Below, one piece after another: positions 54,500 through 64,000 of a DNA stretch of 64,000 nucleotides. A program made the translations under genes and the position numbers. Every line of letters starts with the position of its first letter. Positions within the stretch are counted from its first letter, which is position 1. Under the pieces are notes generated by a model. That model had not been told where the DNA came from, did no database searches, and saw only the letters and a list, made by a program, of their open reading frames with translations. The stretch is from Lingula anatina (Eukaryota; Animalia; Brachiopoda): contig CM120640.1 of assembly GCA_051362555.1 (NCBI GenBank), positions 30,709,967-30,773,966 on the forward strand, read 5' to 3'.

Positions 54500-54925
54500 T
54501 CTGAAAGATTTAAGTAGATTCCGAGTACAGCAGCTCTACGCTGTCTTTATATTTTTCTATTAAACTATTACTTCTCTCTCGTCGGTCTCCCCCTAAACTG
54601 TTCCATTCCAGAAAAAATCAATAATGCTATGGGAGAATTGTACAGGCAATTGACCTACATTCTCCACTGCAGTTATTGGCGCTAGTTTAACGTTATGAAA
54701 CCTGATTCACGCCTGTGATGTGAAGGTTTACAATTTATATAAATGAATTAAGTAACAGGGTATGTTGATCAAATGATTGGAATTTATGACTGTAATGGGA
54801 CATTGTTATTTACAAAAATTAAAGAAAATCTGTATACAACTCAAAAACAGAAAAAAAGCATTTTCCTCTTATATGCAAATTACATTGCCTGTAGTAATAT
54901 AAGGCTGTCCGGAAGTGATGCTCAC
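54500..54925 (-). repeat. Diverged interspersed repeat, inverted partner of 51160-51580
   Basis: Colinear reverse-complement motif matches to 51160-51580. Confidence 0.75.
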
Positions 54926-55257
54926 ATTAGAGATTTCAAATAGTTGTGATCTTGATCACCTAAGCTACCTTAAATTTTATTATTTGATGAAAATAATATA
55001 GATTTGAATCTACCAAATGTAATTTCGTCCGAGAAATAAAACAATTTTCTTCTCATTATAAATCATTGCTCGAACCGTCCTTCGGATGAATTTTATAACA
55101 GCTGGAAGGCTGAGTCTGAGTAGGGTTTTTGGACGAGAGCCCCGGTACATGCCTGTAACTACGTATACGTGATACCACATCTTAGATATTAATTATCAAC
55201 TCAATTCCGCATTTGTATAGAATGATCTTGTACTCGGATCAAAAATACCAAGAGAAG

Positions 55258-55305
55258 CCCTTACGAAAAAGTCTTATAGGATCCTATAGGACTTTTTCGT
55301 TAGGG
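55258..55305. mobile_element. 48-bp palindromic mini-element with 2-bp AG TSD (CMC/EnSpm-like TIR-only remnant)
   Basis: CCCTTACGAAAAAGTCTTATAGGA | TCCTATAGGACTTTTTCGTTAGGG: 24-bp arms, 2 mismatches, no loop; AG on both sides. Confidence 0.7.
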
Positions 55306-55641
55306 AGTGCATAAAAATTCATCGATATTCTTTAGAAAAATAAAATAAGAAAATTAGGAAAATAAAACGGGAAAAAACGCCCGAAATACCAGGAAAGTAT
55401 TTTCAAGAAAAGAAAGAATCAACTAAAATTGAACTTTGGGGATCGATCCACCTCCCTAATTGGTAAACCCGTTACAGTGGAAATTTTAAGGTAGAGCTAG
55501 TAAATGTTTTAGATTTTTTTAAATGAGAAAAATCAGCAAAGAATGAATAGAAAAACATGACAAATAATTTAAAAAATAATGCAGAAATTCTGATGTAGTT
55601 TGATTATTTGGTAAATGGAAAGACGTGTAGCAAGTGAAAGT

Positions 55642-56944
55642 GGCTACGTACCTATACTCCCCCGCACCGATACTCCCCCGCTTCTTTACATCCCCGCACC
55701 GATACTCCCCCGCACTGATACTCCCGCGTACCGGATACTCCGCAAAAACACTACTCCCCCAAGACATAGATTCCCTTGGCTTTGTAAACCCCATTCGTTA
55801 TTTACAACACTTTCTATAATGCTTTTTTTTTCAAGATGCACCACCCTCTTGGGACCCAGAATTGACTAATTTAATTCAAAATATATTGGGAAAAATAAAG
55901 AACGTTACACGAAGTCAATCTCAGACTTAGTGTGCAGCTTGACAGTACGTAGGTCAACAGCTTCCTTGTGATTTTTGAGAAATGTTTTTGCAAAATTATT
56001 AACTTACTCAGTAGTTACTGTATATATATTGTACGGCCTTTCATTTATTTATTTATTTATTTATTTATTTATTAACTTAAGGCAAAGTTAGTTTTAATCT
56101 AAGATAACGCAGCTATGTCTTTTTTTTTCAGGCAACGATGAATTCGTAAAATTATTAAGTAATAAAAAAGAAGTGCTAAAGCGCTTCGTTTTCTGTCTTT
56201 TTCCTCCAACCTTCTTTTCTGCTCTTTAAGCTTCTTTCCCTTGTCTTTTGAATCTGAATTAGATTAGAATCTGAATTGAGCAAAATTCAAAAATTTTGAA
56301 AATTGTTGCACAACGAAATTGTCGAGACACGAGCATGCGTCGTGAGCACGCCTTTTATACTCGCAGTCCCATCGTGTTTTCGATTTTGTTCGTTATAGAT
56401 GTGAGGGCGTGCGCCGTACTCAACACGCAAAGGGCTCTTTCTCCTTCATTTCTTGCGGCGTGCATCTTGGACCAGGCAAGTCTCACTTGCAAACCAATCG
56501 CAAACTCCTTAGAAAGGGAGCAAATTACGCTTGCGGCCTCGCTGTTCGCAGATTATTCGTAGAATCTATTGGAAATGTTCAATATCCTCCGTACGTGCTT
56601 ACATACGTGCGAACTCGAGATTTCGCATAAAGGACTTGCGTGGTACATGAGATTCTGCGCAAAATTTGGATTTAAACGGGTCGTAGATTTTGATCCACTT
56701 ACCTAGACTGACCCTAACCTGTATATTTAATGGAGGGTTGACTCTGTTACAGGGGGTTTATCGATGCGGGGATCTATCGGTGTGGGGTCGTATCGATGTG
56801 CATAATGCAAAAATTTACTAAGGGGGAGTATCGGTGCGGGGGAGTAACGGTGCGGGGGAGTATCGGTGCGGGGGAGTAACGGTGCGGGGGAATATCGTCA
56901 TGACCCCGTGACGGCTTGGGGGGTCATTTAAAGGTACTGCAGCC
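55642..56944. mobile_element. Non-autonomous DNA transposon with inverted arrays of 16-bp subterminal repeats
   Basis: Imperfect termini GGCTAC-GTACCT / AGGTACTGCAGCC; (GATACTCCCCCGCACC)n at 55651-55760 is mirrored by (GGTGCGGGGGAGTATC)n at 56760-56895. Confidence 0.7.
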
Positions 56945-57460
56945 GGGGTCCGCCATATAGATAAACGTCCGAATAAAATATTAGTCCCGATAGATACGCC
57001 TCTATACATACGCGTCTCAACAGATTTACGTCTCGTTAAATTTACGTTCTGATACAATGTAGATCCACCAACAGATTCCTATAAGCCCACGTATCTTTAG
57101 ATCCAGGTACTGCTAGATCCATCTATCTGACATCGTACAATCGGCTAAAATGCCGATATCAACTTGAGATACAAGTATGAGGCTTTCGAGTGATAGTCTG
57201 ACTGCGAGTACCGACCCACTTAGTGATCTGACTTAATTACAACCTGATATTTATTACCTTCAGGTATGGTAAGCTCTAAAAAGGCGCAAATACCCTTTGA
57301 AAACGAATTTCACCCGGGTAAACTGCATTTTTCCTGGACTTAATTTTACCAGTCCATTTTTGTTCTAAATCATCAATCCAAACTATCCAAGAGCACTTTT
57401 ACAATTAGTTTGAGCTTCTTACGATGTCTTAAGATACTATGATCAGAATTCAAATTCTCC

Positions 57461-57631
57461 CAGGCCCGTAGCCAGCAAATTCAAAAGGGGGATCTTTTTC
57501 TGAAAAAGTGGACCTTTTACAATGAAATTTATGTGTACCTAGATAAAACTTTTCCCAAAATGGACCTTTTCCTGACAAAAGGGGCGTTTCTTTCGAACCT
57601 CCTGAAACCCTGCCCCCCGGCTACGGGCCTG
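57461..57631. mobile_element. 171-bp MITE (hAT-like TIRs), nested
   Basis: TIRs CAGGCCCGTAGCC / GGCTACGGGCCTG; flanks TTCTCC / ATCTCC; second copy at 62918-63079. Confidence 0.85.
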
Positions 57632-57736
57632 ATCTCCGAACCTACACATTACTTAAATTATGGCCGCAGCCAATAATTTGCCAATAATTTGCTCGTGTAT
57701 CTTCCCCTGGCTTTCGCTACCCTTGCTCGCACAGCC

Positions 57737-57788
57737 TCCCCCCCCCCCCCCCCCCCCCCGTCAAAAAAAAAAAAAAAAAAAAAAAAAA
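57737..57788. repeat. Poly-C followed by poly-A tract
   Basis: Adjacent homopolymer runs. Confidence 0.9.
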
Positions 57789-58589
57789 TCCGATAGCAGT
57801 GTTGCATTACTCTTAGTGATGAGGATGAATTAACGGGAGTGTAAACTTGGCATATAAATAAAAATTATGAGCATTTACGAGAACAAACTTTTTTGAGCAA
57901 TAGTGTACCTGTAATAGATCTATCGGTATTTGGACCTAAAAATACGTGGATCTATAGGTATGCGGATTTATAGTACGTGGGTTTATGTGGACGTCGTAAC
58001 CATAGGAACGCAAATATATAGGGCGGTGGTAAAAAATCGGATCTATCGGTATTAAAATCTAAAAAGATATTTTTTTCAGTTTTTCCTTTATCTATCTATC
58101 GGTAACGGGAGTATAGGGACGAATAATATTTTGGGGCTAAATTTTATCCGTACGTACGTACCCCTGCAGCCGAATTTGAAAAACTAGTAAAGATTTATTG
58201 TTGTCTGTTATCATCAAATATACTATTTAATTATACAGAATATCTTTCTGCAAAGCACTCCATAAAAGAAAGCATAATCCATTAACTTGGGGGTAATCAA
58301 AATATATAAATTTGTATATTTTTAATTGGAAAATCTTCTTATTGATATTATTCCATTTAAAAAAAATATTGAGGGATTTTTTTAAATAAAAACTAGAGGA
58401 TCAGAGAGGCGATACCGCCTCCGAATATTGTACCACCAGCTGGAGCAAGCGCATTCGTATAGACCCCCACATACACAAAATAAGGGACACAGCCACCAGT
58501 CTTTTGCTTGACAAGCTGTAAAAATGCAATCAACAAGAATTTTCAAAATATGCAAAAAATATATATATAACTTAAAATGGTACAATCAA

Positions 58590-59287
58590 AGTTAAGTTCA
58601 TCAAAAGGTAGGTCAAAGGTTAATTTCACAGTAAGATTGCCAGTATATGACTTCCTATTCAAGTTCAATAGTAACTATGGACCTATCTCTGCCAGGTTAG
58701 GAGTTAAAAGAGAAAGAAATTAGCAGAGTTCAGTTCATGGTGAAAAGTAGGTCAAAGGTCAATTTCAAGGTCACATTTAGATTGCCAGTGTATGACTTCC
58801 TATTCTAGTTCAATAGTAACTATGGACCTATCTCTGCCAGTTTTGGATATGAAAGGGAAGCAAAATTTTCAAAGTTCAGTTCATGGTGAAAAGTAGGTCA
58901 AAGGTCAATTTTAAGGTCACATTAAGATTGCCAGTGTATGGCTTCCTATTCAACTTCAATAGTAACTATGGACCTATCTCTGCCAGTTTTGGAGATAAAA
59001 GGGAAGCAAAATTTGCAAAGTTCAGTTCATGGTGAAAAGTAGGTCAAAGGGCAATTTCAAGGTCACATTTAGATTGCCAGTATATGACTTCCTATTCAAC
59101 TTCAATAGTAACTATGGACCTCACCTTCATGGTGAAAAGTAGGTCAAAGGTCAATTTCAAGGTCACATTTAGATTGCCAGTATATGATTTCCTATTCAAG
59201 TCCAATAGTAACTATGGACCTATCTCTGCCAGTTTTGCATATTAAAGGGAAGCAAAATATGCAAAGTTTAGTTCATGGTGAAAAGTA
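58590..59287. repeat. ~146-bp tandem core repeats (about 4.7 units) inside the HINE
   Basis: AGGTCAAAGG anchors at 58610, 58749, 58895, 59041 and 59141 (periods 139, 146, 146, 100). Confidence 0.93.
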
Positions 59288-59494
59288 GTCAGGCGGCTCA
59301 GTCCAAATTTTATCCAGAATTGTGCAAAAGATGATAACAGCATGAAATTTTCCACGATGAATGACCATTGGGTGTTTGTCAACCCCCTGATCCAAAATAG
59401 ATGAACACCCAATGGTTATTCATCGGGGAAAGTTTCATGCTTCTTTCATCTATTGCACAATTCGGGAAAAAATTTGGACTGAGCCACCTGACTA
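59286..59494. mobile_element. Foldback MITE nested in the HINE (TAG...CTA termini, possibly Academ-like)
   Basis: ~92-bp imperfect inverted arms TAGTCAGGCGGCTCAGTCCAAATTT... / ...AAATTTGGACTGAGCCACCTGACTA around a ~25-bp loop. Confidence 0.8.
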
Positions 59495-61365
59495 TACCGT
59501 ACTTCACATTTTGCTTTCACCACCAAGATGTACCTTTTGATAGCGTAACTCGAAAACCGTTTGGAATACAAAAAAACGGAGACCACCTTCAGTGTTGGGC
59601 TTTACATGCTCTACAAAATGCAAAAAAGAATGGGTCTCTAGCATTAACGGTTCCCGAATTAGAGACAGTTTTCAGTTTCGGCATCTTATGGCCGTTACTC
59701 CAGTGAAAATGCACCGATTGACCCCAAATTCACGGCAATGAAAGATGACCTGAAGGGTAACACTTTCCAATAATATTATTGGTTAAGTCTGTGTGGTGTC
59801 TGAATAACAGGGCAAAAAAAATTTTTTTCATAAAAAATATTATTTTTTTGAAAATTTTGGCCCGTTTGACCTTGAAGTAAAGGTCAAAGGTCAAATCCAA
59901 CGGCATATTTGAAATCTACACATATGACTTTTGGAAAGCCGTCTGTAGATATTTTTCCCATAACCCCTTCCGTAGGGTAGATAATTAGCATTTAATTTTG
60001 CCATTTTTAGACAAAGGTGCATTGCAATGAGTGCCACACCCAGACCCCAATACCGGCAAAGCCCAAATTTTACGTGGAACGAGCTGAGATTATAGGTGAC
60101 CTAAATCCAAGAGATGGGTACGGGGGCCCTTACCGTCTAGGAGGAGAAGTGGTAACGGTAGCCATCCGGCGGAGCCAGCGGAACGATCCGGACGAGACCG
60201 AAACCATGTGTACCGCCAGCGCTAACGCTGGTGGTACAATTAAAGTGAAAGGAAAAAGATTAGAGGGAGAAAAAGAGCAACAATTGAACATCCACATTTT
60301 CCCCCAAAGCACCCTTTATTTCAGTAAAATAAGGGAGAACATATATAATAATGGCATGCACACACTCAGAAACAAAAAATACTTTTTGACAAGCATCTAA
60401 AAGTCAAAATTAATATATCTCATACTTAAAGAACAATACACTAACACTAACAGAACAAATAAAATTTCTAGTACAGCAATATGGTATCAACAGGCCTCTA
60501 TTCAAACAAATAAAAAATACATCAATAGAACAATTTTAATATCCAATTTGCTCCATTTTGAAATTATAAACATAGTGAAGGATTGAATTTGACAAACTGC
60601 ACTGATATAATTTTATTTTCCAATTTTGACTCTTTATTTCACAAGACATGATAACAGATTTACCATCATTTTTATATAATCAACCAACAAAATTGTTAAA
60701 ATGCAGAATTTGTCAAAAGAACACATTTATCAAATTTATGTATGTAATATGTTCAATAATGAGACGTTTATGTCTAAGAATTGAACCTGAGGAAAAAACA
60801 CTTATACAAAAAAAAAAAAAATAAAAAAAAATAATGTTGTAAAAATTATAAAAATAAAGCTGATTTTCAAACTCAGTAAGTTTGTAAGTTTTGTAAGTTT
60901 GGAATCATATCAACTCCACTTGCTACACTGACTGAGCTGTATCATTTCCCCTCACATTTTAAAGTAATTAATACATTCTTTATGTGGTATATGGACTGTG
61001 ATCTCTGATGACTGGTTGTCTGCTACCCCATTGGGATGAGTGGGTCACTGGGGCTGGCCATGCCCTGTTTTAGGTTAAGCGTGTTTTTTGGTTTGTTGTA
61101 GTCTTCAAAAAAGACAAGAACTTTAGACTAATGAATAAAAAAAGAAAATTTCCAGTTATTGAAGCTATTTACTCCATTCTGTGCCACAGAGCTGTCATAT
61201 GCTAAGTCTGGCATGCTGATGGCCACAACCTTTTCTCCATGGAAAGCCAGTTCCTGCAGGTGCCCCAGTCTGAATTCACTCCTCCCCATTCAAATGCAGC
61301 TAGGGCCTTGCCCATACTGAAATAACAGCAACAACTATTTCAATATGCAAGGGAATTGTTTGTTA

Positions 61366-62070
61366 TCAATTCAATTCAATTCAATTCATTTCTGTACTGG
61401 TACATAGATTGTCATGACCTTGTACAATATGATATACTAATGACGATACAATACAGTTAGTGCATTACCATCTTTATATAATGGACATACGTATCAGTAA
61501 AATTACTCATAAAATATTCTATCTAAGCAATGCAATAAACCTTGGTGTGATTTTAAATTTACCATAAACATACTATAAACATGTTACACAAAAAGAATAT
61601 GTTTAAACTTAAACCAAGGTTACATAGCTGTTTAAAGCCAGTTTGATGACATGGATAATTACGACTAATGACAATTACATAAGACAGATAAGTAAATAAG
61701 TTACACAGATATAAATATTGTGCCATGTTCAGTCCCACTGCCGAGTCACTTCTCACAACAGTGGGACCATACACTGACATTTTAAGGGATATGCTAAGAG
61801 TTACCAAGCAGAGCAACTACTTCACTTCTTTTCTTGAATGATTTGATTATAAAGTTGGAGAGGGACACTAGAGTATCTTTTTTGGCACTGTTAAATACAT
61901 GGCATAAATGACTGTCTGGTGACCTGGGATCAGCTTTTAGGATTGAGGTTTTACTTAAAAAGGTGACTCTGTCTGTTTTGTACATTGGGCATTGGAATAT
62001 AAAATGGTATTCATCTTCAATTACCAGTTATCATTACCAAAAGATTAATATTTGGACATATATTAAATAT
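61366..62070 (-). mobile_element. 5'-truncated LINE 3' end (RTEX-like C-terminus), intronic
   Basis: EDEYHFIFQCPMYKTDR (ORF2 C-terminal Cys/His knuckle) ... LSNFIIKSFKKR, then a 3'UTR ending in a (TGAAT)n microsatellite tail at 61366-61390. Confidence 0.8.
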
Positions 62071-62238
62071 TAAATAAGTCTTTTAAAAATTGTTGCAATG
62101 ATTATACCTTATATGCCTTTAAGAAAAAACAGTTTGATAATGAATAACTTATTTTCTAAGATGCATTTGATATCATCTAAGATGACTTAACAATTTTTTC
62201 TTAAAATTCTTTGCAAGAGAGAGAGAGAGAAATCTTAC

Positions 62239-62326
62239 CTTCTTCTTTGCAGAAATAGGAACACAACAATAACTGCCTCTAATAGGATGACCCCAAGTAT
62301 AATGGGGACCACAATGGCAGCTGTTT
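62239..62326 (-). CDS. Transmembrane-domain exon: TAAIVVPIILGVILLEAVIVVFLFLQRR
   Basis: Acceptor gttatttCAG|, donor AAG|GTAAGA; phase 1 in, phase 2 out; ~23 hydrophobic residues followed by a basic stop-transfer. Confidence 0.75.
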
Positions 62327-62917
62327 CTGAAATAACATATTTACTGGGAATGTATCAAATCAAGAAGGGAAATAATTCATTGAAGAAGCAACAGGGACTT
62401 ATTTACAATATGATAAAAATACCATACAGCAATTTAACTAGAACAACCAAGACTGACATAAGATGAATTTAATCTTAGATGCAAAAATGTTAAAAGAAAC
62501 TTACTACGAGATATGATAATCAACAAAATGAAATTTTAAAGCAAAATACAGTTTTTCAAATTTGACCTCAAAAAGGATCTTGATTAAAGATTATGTAGTC
62601 TACTATCAACTTATGTGAACTTGCATCAGCTCCAGTGAAAGCTGAAGGCTCCTTTTCACAGTATTCTCCATAATACTGTGAAATTTGATCAAATTTATTC
62701 AAATACAGAGTGACAAAATTTTTGGCTTTAAATAAAATAAAAACAAAAACTCAACACCATTTCAGATGTAGGCAAGCCATGCTGCATTTTTCTTTAATTA
62801 TATCAATTCATAAACATGGGTAGATTTCACAAGATAAACAGCCAGTATACAACAGCATACCCTGGTTTTCCTCAACTGCACAAACTCCAGGATTGCATTT
62901 TTGATTTGCAAAATCAT

Positions 62918-63079
62918 CAGCCGTAGCCAGCAATTTCAAAGGGGGGTTCTTTTTCTGAAAAAGTGGACCTTTTACCATATAATCCCCATGTACATGTACC
63001 TAGGTCAAATTTTACACAGAGTGGACCTTTTTCCAGCAAAAAGGGGGGTTCTTTTGAACCCCCCCTGGCTACAGGCCTG
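62918..63079. mobile_element. Second copy of the 57461 MITE
   Basis: CAG-CCGTAGCCAGCAATTTCAAAGGGGG..TTTTTCTGAAAAAGTGGACCTTTT ... GGCTACAGGCCTG; left TIR slightly damaged. Confidence 0.85.
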
Positions 63080-64000
63080 TTTATCTTCATATTAAAATCT
63101 TCATGTGTATAATAAAATAAAATGCAATCAAATGGAATACGCTTAAATACCACATATATGAGAAAAGCTAATACCTTCACCCAGACATCTGGGCTGCATA
63201 CAACACCTGGGCATTGCTCTCTGACATAACGTAAATTTCCACATTTCCACAATTCACTTGCTGGAAATAAAAATCAAGTCTTACAATCGTGCAGGTTACA
63301 TTTGAAGTGATTTAGCACACTTTTATTGTTAATGGTAGTAAAAATTGACAAATGAAAATATTTGCTCAGAAAGTATGACTAATTCCATTTTAAAACAAAG
63401 ATATGGGAAGGCATGGTGATGGTCAGCTTGCATTAAAACAAAGCTCTTTTGTGAGTGATAATCCATTCAATTTTTAAGAATTTGGGCAATTTCTTATCCC
63501 CTAATGCCTTTTCATGACTTATCAAATGCTTATTAGGGTGGGGTGTGGGTGGGGGGAAGCTTACCTCAGGTGGCTTCTGTGTTTGTGAGTTCACAATCTG
63601 CAAAGTCCATCAAAATTGGTAATTGGATGAGTGTCCTGTCTCAACAACCCTACGTAACACTCCAGGGACACTACATGTGTCAGGCATCAGATTGACAGTA
63701 ACAAAGGCCACACTGATTAGAGATTTTCCATACACCACTTCCTGATAGACCTTACTGTAAAAAGAAATCAGTGATTTTTATATTTTTACTTTCAAACAGA
63801 GCCTATTTCAGTTATGTTGCATTATTGATTGCATTGAAGACAATTGCAGTTCATTCTTTTGTAATTTAATAAAGAAACACTTAATGAAATCATGAATGCA
63901 GTTCATCCTCTCACCTTGCAAATGATGCCCTCCTATTCCTAAAGGAGAGTACAGGAGGTAAAGTCAAAGTAGTGATGTTTGTGACAGGGGGTGGGGTCTC

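Larger units (their letters stand above)
56945..58171. mobile_element. Second, more degenerate element of similar architecture
   Basis: TAGATCC-like motifs at 56950-57130 are mirrored by GGATCTATCGGTA-like motifs at 57910-58105; ends CCCCTGCAGCC, like the neighbouring element. Confidence 0.45.
58391..60243 (-). mobile_element. Non-autonomous Helentron-type element (HINE / DINE-1 / pearl-like) with internal tandem repeats
   Basis: 14-bp subTIR ATTGTACCACCAGC (58427-58440) matches GCTGGTGGTACAAT (60227-60240). 5' hairpin at 60209-60238; 3' stem-loop GAGGCG-atac-CGCCTC (58406-58421); CTAGTTTTT end on the minus strand; no TSD. Confidence 0.85.
61020..64000 (-). pseudogene. 3' exons of a single-pass (type I) membrane protein gene, apparently degenerate; continues past the window end
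   Basis: GT-AG bounded exon candidates: >64000-63915 (ETPPPVTNITTLTLPPVLSFRNRRASFA), 63754-63565 (in phase, SKVYQEVVYGKSLISVAFVTV..., internal TGA), 63260-63175, EGF-like end YYGEYCE near 62675-62655, TM exon 62326-62239, 61316-61173 and 61102-~61020. Phases and stops do not give one clean ORF. Confidence 0.55.

Noticed and set aside
48912-57057. ORFs over microsatellites, MITEs and 16-bp repeats (48912, 51769, 52203, 52447, 53921, 54188, 55519-55869, 56818)
   Set aside because: Low-complexity translations of repeats and non-autonomous elements.
59401-60400. ORFs of 101 and 127 aa
   Set aside because: They lie within, or cross the boundary of, the non-coding HINE and MITE; no Rep/helicase or transposase motifs.
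1-64000. rRNA/tRNA/snRNA or histone tandem gene cluster as an explanation for the array
   Set aside because: No 5S, tRNA, snRNA or histone signatures recognisable in the monomer or cassette.

Overview
AT-rich eukaryotic (animal, probably marine-invertebrate) genomic DNA; no prokaryotic genes or CRISPR. Bases 1-46,101 are one composite satellite array. It is built of ~192-193-bp monomers in several recombining subtypes, interrupted by 29 full and 2 truncated copies of a ~460-bp cassette. The cassette is a copy of the array's own right-hand unique flank: the last copy runs straight on into single-copy DNA. On the minus strand it carries a splice acceptor, a Kozak-context ATG and a 46-codon (or 31-codon) ORF, and substitutions between copies fall mostly at third codon positions. 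The right 20 kb of the array is a near-identical higher-order repeat (6,234 + 2,734 = 8,968 bp). The remaining 18 kb is repeat-rich intergenic/intronic DNA: two LINE fragments, several MITEs, a Helentron-type non-autonomous element with a nested foldback MITE, a plus-strand exon remnant, and minus-strand exons of a probably degenerate single-pass membrane protein gene. All calls were made by eye, with no database searches.
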